NCBI GenBank assembly: GCA_965226795.1
Contig: CBDDDZ010000005.1
Location: 1,376,001 to 1,440,000, forward strand
Length of the DNA: 64,000 nucleotides
Source of the DNA: Candidatus Latescibacterota bacterium
Lineage (GTDB): Bacteria; Latescibacterota; UBA2968; GCA-2709665
Direction of reading: 5' to 3'
The notes below the pieces were generated by a model. The model made no database searches. It worked only from the letters and a program-made list of their open reading frames with translations, and was not told where the DNA came from. The translations under genes and the position numbers were made by a program. This document shows, in pieces, positions 31,189-40,631 of the stretch (the first letter of the stretch is position 1; each line of letters opens with the position of its first letter).

Positions 31189-31788
31189 TTGACAGAAATA
31201 TTCCTGATTGTGGTTGGAATGGGTGTCTCGGCTGCTGTCGCCCAAGCCGATCGGGGCCATGTGCTGGACACGAGTGAAGAGAACATGAAACAAATTGCCA
31301 GCTCTCTCGGGGTACGGTGTACTCATTGCCACACTACGCGGATACCAGATGGAAAACCCGATTTCGAGGCGCCTTCTTTGTTCAAGCAGACAGCCGTCCA
31401 TATGAAGGTTCACTTTGTGGACGGGCTGAAGACAGCGGACGGAAAGACGCTGGACTGCATGTTCTGTCACCAGGGCAAAGCCCGTTTTCTTCCGCGGGAC
31501 CTTAAAGACGCCAAACCGTCCAATTTATCTGAGCGGCTGCCCCGGCGGGAGATTTTCCGGAAAATGAAAGCCATTGAGAAGGCGCTGGGGGTAAACTGTG
31601 AATTCTGCCACGTCAGGCGTGAAGACGGACGCCTTGTGCCAGAGCAGCCGACCAAACATAAGCTGATGGCGAAATTTATGATGGACCACTACGATGGATC
31701 ATTGATCACGTCAGACGGGACGACGGCCTCCTGCGTAACCTGCCACCTGGGTGGGGCGGAGTTTTTGCCCCGTTCAACCGGTGAATGA
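31189..31788 (+). CDS. Secreted tetraheme c-type cytochrome (PufC-like, duplicated diheme module)
   Basis: Four CxxCH motifs (CTHCH, CMFCH, CEFCH, CVTCH), a signal peptide and a TTG start after GGAGGAG. Confidence 0.85.
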   Translation: MTEIFLIVVGMGVSAAVAQADRGHVLDTSEENMKQIASSLGVRCTHCHTTRIPDGKPDFEAPSLFKQTAVHMKVHFVDGLKTADGKTLDCMFCHQGKARFLPRDLKDAKPSNLSERLPRREIFRKMKAIEKALGVNCEFCHVRREDGRLVPEQPTKHKLMAKFMMDHYDGSLITSDGTTASCVTCHLGGAEFLPRSTGE

Positions 31789-31807
31789 ACGCTTCGGGCC
31801 GGGACTA

Positions 31808-33686
31808 ATCGGGATAGGGGGGAGTCTTGCGACTCCGCCCCTCCCACACCACCGTGCGTACGGGTCCGTACACGGCGGTTCGACGGATTTAAGCGGTCAA
31901 GCCGGGCAGCAATGAAGGGAGCCCGAGCTTGTTGAAGAAGGCGTTGGTCAGGGCGATGGACAGCGCGGGGCTGTTGCTGAGCCGCCAGGGTCCGTGGGGG
32001 CTGCCGGCGGTCTGCGCCGCCAGGTCCTTACCGACGCCGTGGCGGCGCAACGCTGGAAAGCGAGTGCGCCCGCGTTTCCACTGCCGCCAGACGAAGGCGC
32101 GAAGCCGACGTCTGATCCATTGATCGAGGCGGCGCAAGACCGAAGGGGTCTCGCAGAAGCCGAAGTAGCCCCGCCACCCAACAAGGTAGCGGGACAACGC
32201 CGTGGTCAGGCGGGAAAGACCGACGCTGTTCGTGCCCCGCGTCAGCTCCCGGACCCGAGCCTTGAACCGGGCCACCGCCTGTCCAGCGATGCGCCGCCGG
32301 GGTGTCCGTCTCCCGGTAAAGCTGAAGCCCAGAAAGGATCGCGCCACCGGGCGGTCGACCGCGCTTTTGGCCACGTTGACCGTCAGCTTCAGGCGCCGGG
32401 CCAGGAAGTGGGTCACACTGGCCATCACCCGCACGCCCGCACGCCGGGACCGCACATAGATGTTACAGTCGTCGGCATAGCGGACGAAGCGGTGGCCACG
32501 CGTCTCCAGTTCCTTGTCCCAGACGTCCAGCATCAGGTTCGACAGCAGTGGCGACAGCGGGCCGCCCTGCGGCGTCCCCTTTGTCGTCGGGCTCACCAAG
32601 CCGCCGTCCAGCACGCCCGCGGTTATAGAAAACCACGGACCAGCTTGAGCAGACGCTTGTCGGCCACGCGCTTGGCCACCAGACCCATCAGGATGTCGTG
32701 GTTGACCCGGTCAAAGAATTTTTCCAGGTCAAGATCGACCACGATGGCGAACCCCGCGCCGATGTGCTCCTGCGCGCGCTGCACCGCCTGATGCGCCGAA
32801 CGGCCAGGCCTGAACCCGTAGCTCGCCTCCGAGAAACTCTCGTCCCACGCCTCCTGTAACACCTGCATCGCCGCCTGCTGGATGGAAGCGGTCCAACACC
32901 GTCGGCACGCCCAGCAGACGTGTGCCGCCAGACGCCTTCGGTATCTCCACGCGCCGCACCGGCTGCGGGATGTAGCTGCCGTCAAGGAGGCGTGACCTGA
33001 TCTCTTTCCAGTGGTCCTTCAGGTGGCCCACCAGCGCCTCGACACGCATCCCGTCCACGCCGGGCGCTCCCTTGTTGCGACGGACACGCTTCAGCGCCTT
33101 CCGCAAATTTCCGGGCTCGACCACCGCCTCCATCGACACGGCCAGCCCGGCCGCAGGGCGTTCGGGGGCGGCACGCGCCACACGCACTTCGGTCCCTTCA
33201 GCAACGGCGGCCCGGGCTTCACCCTTCGCCACCGGCGCCAAGGCCAGTTCCAACTGGGTTTTCTGCCGCCTGGTGCGCATAAGCGTGCCGTCCTACTTGT
33301 CCTGTCCATCGTTCGGGCCTTCGCCGGTCGCCCGGCTACTATGCCCTCTGCTGACCTCTGCGCCGCGGTCACGGCCTTTTCGAACCGCTCAGTCCGGGTT
33401 TTCCGGACACGACGCAGACCTCCCGAGGTAAGACCGATCGCCTTCAGCGCACACCCGCCGGATTTACCACCCCGGCCCTTGATGGCTTTGGACTTCGCGA
33501 TCATATGCTCGCTCGTCCCGCCGGGTAGGCCTCTTATCCGGTTCTTGTCCATCGGGTCGCGCCTTTGCTACGCGCTTCCTTCAGACATCCCCTCGCGACG
33601 ATGCCCTTGCGCTTCGCTAACCCTTCGCCGCCATCAGGCTGGGTAGAGGACTTCCACCTCCAAGCTGTCGATCATGCTCGGCACAC
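31808..33686 (-). mobile_element. Group II intron, bacterial class C (IIC), 1879 nt
   Basis: 5' end GTGTGCC at 33686. Short domain V GAACCGCCGTGTACGGACCCGTACGCACGGTGGTGT (31881-31846), domain VI and 3' end CCTATCCCGAT at 31808. Inserted 4 nt after a terminator stem. Confidence 0.93.
31889..33280 (-). pseudogene. ltrA: Group II intron reverse transcriptase/maturase, broken by two frameshifts
   Basis: Three consecutive frames: NKGAPGVDG...PTVLDRF / IQQA...SYGFRPGRS...DLEKFFD / GTPQGGPLSPLL...YADD. Extra C near 32884 and extra TA near 32624. Confidence 0.92.
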
Positions 33687-33690
33687 ATAA

Positions 33691-33726
33691 AAGAAGGGCC
33701 GGACGGCACGCCGTCCGGCCCTTCTT
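33691..33726. terminator. Intrinsic terminator of nrdJ (16-bp perfect stem); target of the IIC intron
   Basis: AAGAAGGGCCGGACGG-CACG-CCGTCCGGCCCTTCTT. Confidence 0.9.
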
Positions 33727-33745
33727 GATTATTGTATATCGGGTG

Positions 33746-36700
33746 CTACGAACAGCCGACTGAATTTCCACAATTCAGGCAGCGATAGCACGAACCGTTA
33801 CGAACCGTAATGTGACCGCAGGTATCGCAATAGGGGGCATCCCCCATCATTCGCGAGAGCTGATCGTCGGGGGCCACCGTTTGAGGATGTATATGCGCTT
33901 CCGTGTGGGACGACGACCCGTTGGAAGCATGCTGCGAACCGGCGACCGACGCGCCGTAGGATGCCGGAGTGGCTTTCGGGGTGGGGCCTGCCGGCGGTGA
34001 AGCGCCCCGCGTGTCGGGGCGGTCCGTGGGTGTACCAGGACTCTGTGTTGAAAATGACATCACTTCGGACTCCAGATCTTGGTGGTCGTTGATGTCGGAA
34101 GCGATATCTTCGGGTTTAACCTGTAGAAAGTCGGTCCGGCCGAGATATTCGTAGCCGAGGACCCGGAAGATGTAATCGACGACGGAGGTTGCGAATTTGA
34201 TATTCGGGTGGTCGACGGTTCCCCACGGCTCAAAACGGGTGAAGGTGAAACGGTCTACGAACTCTTCGAGAGGTACGCCGTGTTGCAGGCCCCAGGAGAT
34301 GGCAATGGCGAAGCAGTCCAGCATGGCGCGAAAAGGCGCACCTTCTTTGCTCATGTCGATAAAGATTTCGCCAAGTGTACCGTCTTCGTATTCACCCGTG
34401 CGCAAGAAGACCTTTTGACTGGCCACGCGGGCTTCCTGCGTAAAACCGATGCGTCGTTGCGGGAGCCGTCTTCTTGTGGGCCGGCTCACCACCGGAACCG
34501 GCGCTGGTGTTTTCTTTCCGGGCGCACACACCGCTGTATCCGTAAGCGATTCATCGGATTCGGTGGTTTCTGCTTCGGCGTCGGTTCTGGATGCGGTGCT
34601 GAGTGGCTGAGAGAGCTTCGAGCCGTCTCGATATATGGCTACAGCCTTTAACCCCAGATTCCACCCCCTGATGTATAGGTTTTCAATCTCCCCGGCGGTG
34701 GTTTCGCTGGGGACGTTTACGGTTTTGGAAATGGCTCCGCAGATAAACTTCTGGGCGGCGGACATCATGCCGAGGTGCGCCATGGGTGCTATAAAGCGTT
34801 TGCCATGTCTGCCGCATTTGTTGGCGCAGTCGAATATAGGCAGATGCTTATCTTTGAGATGGGGCGCGCCTTCGACGGTCATTTGGCCACAGATGAATTC
34901 GTTGGCTTCGTTGATTTGTGTTTCGGTAAAGCCGAGTTCGGCAAGTAGACTGAATCCGGGTGCTCTGTATTGTTCGGGGGAGAAACCCAGACGTTCCATC
35001 AGGCCTTCTCCCAGAATCCACGGGGTGAAGGCAAATTCCAGTTCAAGGACGCCGGGCAGCACGGCTTCCACCTTTTTCAGATCCGCGGGTCCGAAGCCTT
35101 TCGCCCTTAAGGATCCGGCGTTGACATGCGGCGCATCTTGCAGGGAGAGCCCGCCGCAGAGGTAGGTGAGAATATCCGCGATTTCGTCCGGGGAATAGCC
35201 GAGGCGCTCCAGGGCCTTGGGCACCGCGTGGTTGACGATTTTAAAATAACCGCCGCCGGCGAGCTTCTTGAATTTGACCAGGGCGAAGTCGGGTTCGATA
35301 CCGGTGGTGTCACAGTCCATCAGAAGGCCAATGGTTCCGGTGGGTGCTATCACCGTGGCCTGCGCATTACGATAGCCGTACTTTTCGCCCAGTTCAACCG
35401 CCAAGTCCCAATCTTCCTGGGCGGCGCGAAGAAGGTCGCGTGGGCATGCGTGGGCATCGATATTGTAAGCGGCATCCCGGTGCATGTTCATTACGTTGAG
35501 CATGGGGCCGCGGTTCTTCTCGAAGCCCGGAAAAGGACTCTTGTCGGCAGCCATGCGGGCCGACGTTACGTAGGCCTGTCCGCACATAATCGCAGTGATA
35601 GCGGCGCATATTGCCCTTGCTCCCGCGCTGTCGTAGGGTAACCCCTGTACCATCAGGAGAGTACCCAGGTTGGCATAGCCGAGGCCCAGGGGGCGGTAAT
35701 TATGGCTGTTCTGCGCGATCATTCGGGTGGGATAGGATGCGAAATCGACCAGAATTTCCTGGGCAATGAAAAAGATCCTGCAGGCGTAACGGAATCCATC
35801 GATGTCGAAGGTACCATCGTTTCTAAGGAACTTCATGAGGTTGACTGACGCGAGGTTGCATGCCGTGTCGTCGAGGAACATAAACTCCGAACACGGGTTG
35901 GATCCGTAGATGCGGTCGGTGTTGGCGCACGTGTGCCAGTGGTTGATGGTGGTGTCGTACTGCATCCCGGGGTCGGCGCAAGCCCAGGCGGCCGCCCCGA
36001 TTTGACCCATGAGATCGCGGGCTTTGTGCGTCTGGTAGACTTCGCCGGTTGTACGCAGCCGGGTGTGCCATTCGCCGTCGTCTTTGCAGGCCTGCATAAA
36101 TGCGTCGGTGACGCGCACCGAGTTGTTGGAGTTCTGTCCGGAAACGGTCTGGTAGGCCTCTCCATTGAAATCGGAACTGTAGCCGGCGGCCATTAGCGCG
36201 GCTACCTTCTTTTCTTCTTTCACTTTCCAATTGATGAAGTCGAGTATTTCCGGGTGGTCCATGTCCAGGCTGACCATTTTGGCGGCTCGCCGCGTCGTCC
36301 CGCCAGACTTGATTGCGCCTGCGCCCTTGTCCAGGACTTCAAGAAAGGACATCAGGCCCGATGAGACGCCTCCTCCGGAGAGCTTCTCCATTTTTCCGCG
36401 AATTTTGGAGAAGTTGGTACCGGTGCCCGATCCGTATTTGAAGAGTCGAACTTCGCTTTTCAGCAATTCAAAAATGTCCATTGTGTCGTCCTGGACGGAC
36501 TGGATGTAGCAGGCCGAACATTGGGGATAGGAATACGAGTCTTCGGTCTCCGATACGCAATTCCGGTCCCAATCCCAGTGCCAGTTGCCTCCGCTGCCTT
36601 GAATTCCGTATTCGTGGTACAGTCCGCAGTTGAACCACACCGGCGAGTTGAAAGCACCCATTTGATGCACGAGATGGTAGGCAAGTTCCGCTTCGAATGT

Positions 36701-37009
36701 ATCCGCGTCTTCGGTTGAGTCGAAATACCCACCCTGATCCTCTCCGGCCTTGCGAATGGTACGGGCCACCCGGTGCATCACCTGGCGCACGGAGGTTTCG
36801 TGTCCGGTTTCGGGCACGCCTCGTTTTCTGAAATATTTGGATACGACGATATCCGTTGCCAGTTGAGACCATTCGGCCGGGACTTCGGCATGGTCCATGC
36901 GAAAGACTTCTGACCCGTCGAGGTTGGAGATAACGGATGTTTTCTTTACATATTCGACCTGGTCCAGTGGATTTCGGCCGGGTGTGGTCTGCCTGCGTTC
37001 AAGCTTCAT
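33746..37009 (-). CDS. nrdJ: Vitamin B12-dependent (class II) ribonucleotide reductase
   Basis: FNSPVWFN, QCSAC, GGTTRRAAKM, SNPCSE and APTGTI motifs, a TSCPD region and a C-terminal Zn ribbon. Start MKLERR follows GGAGG. Confidence 0.97.
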   Translation of the reverse strand: MKLERRQTTPGRNPLDQVEYVKKTSVISNLDGSEVFRMDHAEVPAEWSQLATDIVVSKYFRKRGVPETGHETSVRQVMHRVARTIRKAGEDQGGYFDSTEDADTFEAELAYHLVHQMGAFNSPVWFNCGLYHEYGIQGSGGNWHWDWDRNCVSETEDSYSYPQCSACYIQSVQDDTMDIFELLKSEVRLFKYGSGTGTNFSKIRGKMEKLSGGGVSSGLMSFLEVLDKGAGAIKSGGTTRRAAKMVSLDMDHPEILDFINWKVKEEKKVAALMAAGYSSDFNGEAYQTVSGQNSNNSVRVTDAFMQACKDDGEWHTRLRTTGEVYQTHKARDLMGQIGAAAWACADPGMQYDTTINHWHTCANTDRIYGSNPCSEFMFLDDTACNLASVNLMKFLRNDGTFDIDGFRYACRIFFIAQEILVDFASYPTRMIAQNSHNYRPLGLGYANLGTLLMVQGLPYDSAGARAICAAITAIMCGQAYVTSARMAADKSPFPGFEKNRGPMLNVMNMHRDAAYNIDAHACPRDLLRAAQEDWDLAVELGEKYGYRNAQATVIAPTGTIGLLMDCDTTGIEPDFALVKFKKLAGGGYFKIVNHAVPKALERLGYSPDEIADILTYLCGGLSLQDAPHVNAGSLRAKGFGPADLKKVEAVLPGVLELEFAFTPWILGEGLMERLGFSPEQYRAPGFSLLAELGFTETQINEANEFICGQMTVEGAPHLKDKHLPIFDCANKCGRHGKRFIAPMAHLGMMSAAQKFICGAISKTVNVPSETTAGEIENLYIRGWNLGLKAVAIYRDGSKLSQPLSTASRTDAEAETTESDESLTDTAVCAPGKKTPAPVPVVSRPTRRRLPQRRIGFTQEARVASQKVFLRTGEYEDGTLGEIFIDMSKEGAPFRAMLDCFAIAISWGLQHGVPLEEFVDRFTFTRFEPWGTVDHPNIKFATSVVDYIFRVLGYEYLGRTDFLQVKPEDIASDINDHQDLESEVMSFSTQSPGTPTDRPDTRGASPPAGPTPKATPASYGASVAGSQHASNGSSSHTEAHIHPQTVAPDDQLSRMMGDAPYCDTCGHITVRNGSCYRCLNCGNSVGCS

Positions 37010-37217
37010 AGCGGGACTTCCTCCGGATTTCTGGAATTGATTTGAAATGGCAAAACGAAAAGAAACCTGCCTGGTTGAATTCACGAGACGTTTCGGGCCG
37101 AATGCTTCCTTCGCGGCCGAAACGTCGATACCGCAGGCAAAAAAACGAATGTTGAAGACGCATCTGAAGGGGAATGGTGCGTCCGGGTAACTTCGGTGAA
37201 AGGGGAGGGTATTTGGT

Positions 37218-37682
37218 TCAGTCGCCTGCTTGAGGGGAAGCCAGTTGCCGGAGTTCCTTTTCGAAGTCGCTCAGGTCTTTGAACTGTCTGTAGACCGATG
37301 CGAAACGGACGTAAGCGACCTGGTCGAGGTCTTTTAGCTCGTTAATTACCAATTCGCCGATAATGTTGGCCTCAACCTCCCGTTCGCCGGTGCCACTCAG
37401 CCTGGCTTCGATCCGGTCTGCGATCTCTTCGAGCCGGCCCATTGAGATGGGACGTTTGTTGCAGGCGAGATGCAACTTGGAAAAGAGCTTGCTTTTGTCG
37501 AAGGGTTCGCGTCGACCATCGGATTTAACGACCATCAGCGGCTTGTCTTCGATGGATTCGTAGGTTGTAAACCGCCGACCGCAATTCAGACATTCCCGGC
37601 GTCTGCGGATGGCCGTTGCCTCCTTGCTGGATCTGGAGTCTACGACCTTGTCCTCCACGATTCCACAGTAGGGACACCTCAT
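37218..37682 (-). CDS. nrdR: Transcriptional repressor NrdR
   Basis: MRCPYC...IRRRREC..C..RFTTYE, ATP cone, VAYVRFASVY. Confidence 0.98.
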   Translation of the reverse strand: MRCPYCGIVEDKVVDSRSSKEATAIRRRRECLNCGRRFTTYESIEDKPLMVVKSDGRREPFDKSKLFSKLHLACNKRPISMGRLEEIADRIEARLSGTGEREVEANIIGELVINELKDLDQVAYVRFASVYRQFKDLSDFEKELRQLASPQAGD

Positions 37683-37743
37683 GCGAGTTCTCCCGTAGCC
37701 TCACGGACGAGCGGGGATAGATAAAGGGTCCTCGGGTTGAAGG

Positions 37744-37794
37744 ACCCTATATTGTGGGGTAACATTATTATAATACAAAATATTGAGTTGTCAA
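37744..37794 (-). promoter_or_regulatory. nrdR-nrdJ promoter with two NrdR boxes
   Basis: Minus-strand TTGACA (37794-37789), 16-bp spacer, TATAAT (37772-37767). ATACAAAATATTGAGT (37773-37788) and ACCCTATATTGTGGGG (37744-37759) match the NrdR-box consensus acaCwAtATaTwGtgt. Confidence 0.85.
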
Positions 37795-38153
37795 GTGAAA
37801 ATATGCAGTTCGCGGCTAATAGTACACCTGGTTCCCACGGCACTACTTCCAAACTCAAATGATCGACCGTCTACGGGACACATCGCCGACTGAACAAAAG
37901 GCAATGTCGACTGTGGCCAAAGACACAGATTCTGCCCTTTGGGCGATTTCCATTCGGGTCCTGTTCCGCGATGATTCGAAACACATCGAGTACGATACGC
38001 AGCTGGCCGCAACGCAGAAGATTTCTCGGCATTCGGTCCCGAATCTGAAAACTCTGTGCGGAAGTTATCGGCTTGTGCGGTGGTCAGCGCACTTATTGAC
38101 GACTATCCTTACTCGCTCTTCGACCGCCCGCCGCCTTGCGGCGGACTCCCGCC

Positions 38154-40550
38154 TCAAGGCGAAGACACGTCGAGATTACGATCCTTGAAGATCAGCCTCG
38201 TGCCTGATACGGCCGAGTGCGATAGATAGACGCCGTCGGAACCCGTTCTAACGACAGCGCAAATCGCATCCGTGCCGAGATCGTCTGCGCCGTACGTCCG
38301 GTAGGATCCGTCGGAGATAACGATGTGGTCCGTGATGCCGCCATGCTCCACGACCAGGTAGGCCGTGCCTCCCGGTCCCTCGTTGGCTCCACGGCGAATC
38401 GTCACCCTGGGAGGGCGCGTACTTTGAAAGGGATAGAGCACCACCGGCAGGTCATCCACCCGACCGTCGTCGGAAGTCATCAGGTCCAGGGAAGCCCACC
38501 TGATGGGCTGTCGGCCGGGAGACGCGATACCGCCAAGATGCGCCATACCCGTTCCTTGCCGGATGCCCACTTTGCTCGAGGTCGCCACGACAAGACCGGG
38601 CGCTTTGGTAGATAACACGGCCGAACCGCCCCGCTGCAGCGGCGTGGGGGAATGCAGCATAAACGAAGCTTTTCTGCCGCCCGTGGTGGAGGAGAAGGCA
38701 TCGAATACAACGAAATAGGGATTGGTTTCGGGCGCAGGCTCCACGGGCTTCAGGAAAAGAAAATGCCGGCGATGAAAAACGCCCAATGAACGATAACCGT
38801 CATGCTCCGCGGAAAAGTAGTCCATGCCGGCCTGGTTGCTCCATAAGGGTTTCTCGCCTACCGCAATCTTGCGGTCCAGGTTCCTGTCGTCTATCACGAG
38901 CATATTGTGGGCTTTGGAAGTCTTGTACCACGGGCCGTGGAGCGGGTCGTCGTAGCTGACGCCGATGCCGGCGTCGACAGCCAGCGCCTTCCCATAGGCG
39001 AAAAGTTCAAAGCTGAGGATATCGGGATGTGAATGCCCGCCGCCATACTCACCGTAGTTGATGACCAGGTAAGGACTGTTTCGGGTCCAATCCATGCGCA
39101 TCACGGCGAAACCCGACGGTCTGAAATCGATTGACGTTCCGGACGGCGGCTCGACGACGTCGTCGATGCTGGCGCCGAGCAGGTTTTTGGCCACCCAGAG
39201 CATGTCCGGCCGTTTGAAGGCGCGGCCGCCATCGATAAAGACGTTGCGGTCGAACCGTCCCCGGCCGCCATCGTTTACAGCAGGCGGGGTGCCCAGGGGA
39301 CTGATCAGATACATCCAGTGGTTCAGGGTGCGTTCGAGTGTCGGGCGAAGAGCAGCCGCCCGGTCATCGTTGCCGCCGAAACGCTTAAGAAGGTAGGCCA
39401 GATTCCGTGGGTCGCGATAAACGATATTGGAATAGCTGGAAGGGCAACGCTCCGAATGGCATCCGTCTTCGTAAAAGTCCTTTGATAGGTGCTCTTCTAT
39501 TCGATAAACACCCTGGGAGACCCACTGATCGGCCTCCTTGAATTCGGGGAGGTTGAGGCCCAACTCGGCCAGAGCGTAGGAACCCATCACCTGCCAGTTG
39601 CCCGGCCGGTACCCCTGCTTTTCCAGTTCGTACAGCCAGCGCGCTGATCCCAGGAAGTTCTTCAGGATTCTCTCGTGGGTCCGCAACGAAAGCCGGCTGC
39701 GGTTGAGACGGTAGAATTCCAGAAATACGCGATTCCGGCGCGATCCGAGTCCGAGTTCGTACCAGACCGGGTCCAGGTTCGCGTGGCCACCCACGACGTC
39801 GTCCCGTTGCTCGTACCACTGATTGAAGAGTTCGTCGAAGGCATCCAGGTACTTCGTGTCTCGCGTGCCCAGGTACGCCCACAGAAGGGGCCCCGACCAA
39901 CCCCAGTAGTGAAACCCGTATTTACCGCTTCTGCCGTAATCCGCGTTGAAATCCACGACCGGACCGTGCTGGATAGTTACCCCGCCCCATCCTGTGATGT
40001 TGTGGGCGACCACGCGGTCTGCGGCCGCCGTATAGTTTCTCGTGCTGAAGTACCTGTACGCCTCTTCGATTGTGTAGTAGGGGATGCCGGTATTGATATA
40101 GGGGAATCCGGGATGGGCGTCCCAGTACGCCCCCCACGCTTCGTAGGCTGCGGCGTAATCGCCCTGGTCAACGGCGCGTCTGACGTCCTCGAGCCCGGCA
40201 CGGTCCACGTCCATCGCGGCAAAGAAGTCCGGATCGCTGATGTGCTTGATCTGTTGATCCAGGTAGACGGGATCTTCGCGGAGGTCGGTATTCGCCTCAC
40301 TGAACGCATTTGAAAATAGAATGAAGTCACTGAAACCGACCCTTCCGTCGAGGTCCATATCGAAACGGGCGTCGAACGTGCTGTCGGTCCGGGAGGTTCC
40401 GAAGTTCCGGGCAAAGGCGACGAAATCTTCGAAGCCCACGTGGCCGTCTTCGGTGAAGTCCCCGGGCACACCCGAATAGGCAACGGAGGACGCCAGGATG
40501 ACGACCAGTAACGGTCCAAGACGCTTCCATGGCAGGACTCGAGGTGTCAT
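38154..40550 (-). CDS. Secreted heparinase II/III-like polysaccharide lyase with N-terminal dockerin/EF-hand-like module
   Basis: Signal peptide; duplicated GDFTEDGHVGFEDF / FDMDLDGRVGFSDF; NWQ, DGCHSE, GHSHPDILSF and AHNML motifs. Confidence 0.85.
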   Translation of the reverse strand: MTPRVLPWKRLGPLLVVILASSVAYSGVPGDFTEDGHVGFEDFVAFARNFGTSRTDSTFDARFDMDLDGRVGFSDFILFSNAFSEANTDLREDPVYLDQQIKHISDPDFFAAMDVDRAGLEDVRRAVDQGDYAAAYEAWGAYWDAHPGFPYINTGIPYYTIEEAYRYFSTRNYTAAADRVVAHNITGWGGVTIQHGPVVDFNADYGRSGKYGFHYWGWSGPLLWAYLGTRDTKYLDAFDELFNQWYEQRDDVVGGHANLDPVWYELGLGSRRNRVFLEFYRLNRSRLSLRTHERILKNFLGSARWLYELEKQGYRPGNWQVMGSYALAELGLNLPEFKEADQWVSQGVYRIEEHLSKDFYEDGCHSERCPSSYSNIVYRDPRNLAYLLKRFGGNDDRAAALRPTLERTLNHWMYLISPLGTPPAVNDGGRGRFDRNVFIDGGRAFKRPDMLWVAKNLLGASIDDVVEPPSGTSIDFRPSGFAVMRMDWTRNSPYLVINYGEYGGGHSHPDILSFELFAYGKALAVDAGIGVSYDDPLHGPWYKTSKAHNMLVIDDRNLDRKIAVGEKPLWSNQAGMDYFSAEHDGYRSLGVFHRRHFLFLKPVEPAPETNPYFVVFDAFSSTTGGRKASFMLHSPTPLQRGGSAVLSTKAPGLVVATSSKVGIRQGTGMAHLGGIASPGRQPIRWASLDLMTSDDGRVDDLPVVLYPFQSTRPPRVTIRRGANEGPGGTAYLVVEHGGITDHIVISDGSYRTYGADDLGTDAICAVVRTGSDGVYLSHSAVSGTRLIFKDRNLDVSSP

Positions 40551-40631
40551 CAATTGCACCTGTGGAAAGCCACGAGGGATCTGAATCGGATGTACGGGCG
40601 AAGCAGGGTAGAGGAGTGTATGAAGTCACCG

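Noticed and set aside
37096..37118. GAAGGAAGCA motif resembling SRP RNA (minus strand)
   Set aside because: Lacks the CAGG partner strand and GNRA helix-8 geometry.
37859..38188. 109-aa plus-strand ORF upstream of nrdR
   Set aside because: No motif or RBS, and it overlaps the heparinase 3' end; unsupported.
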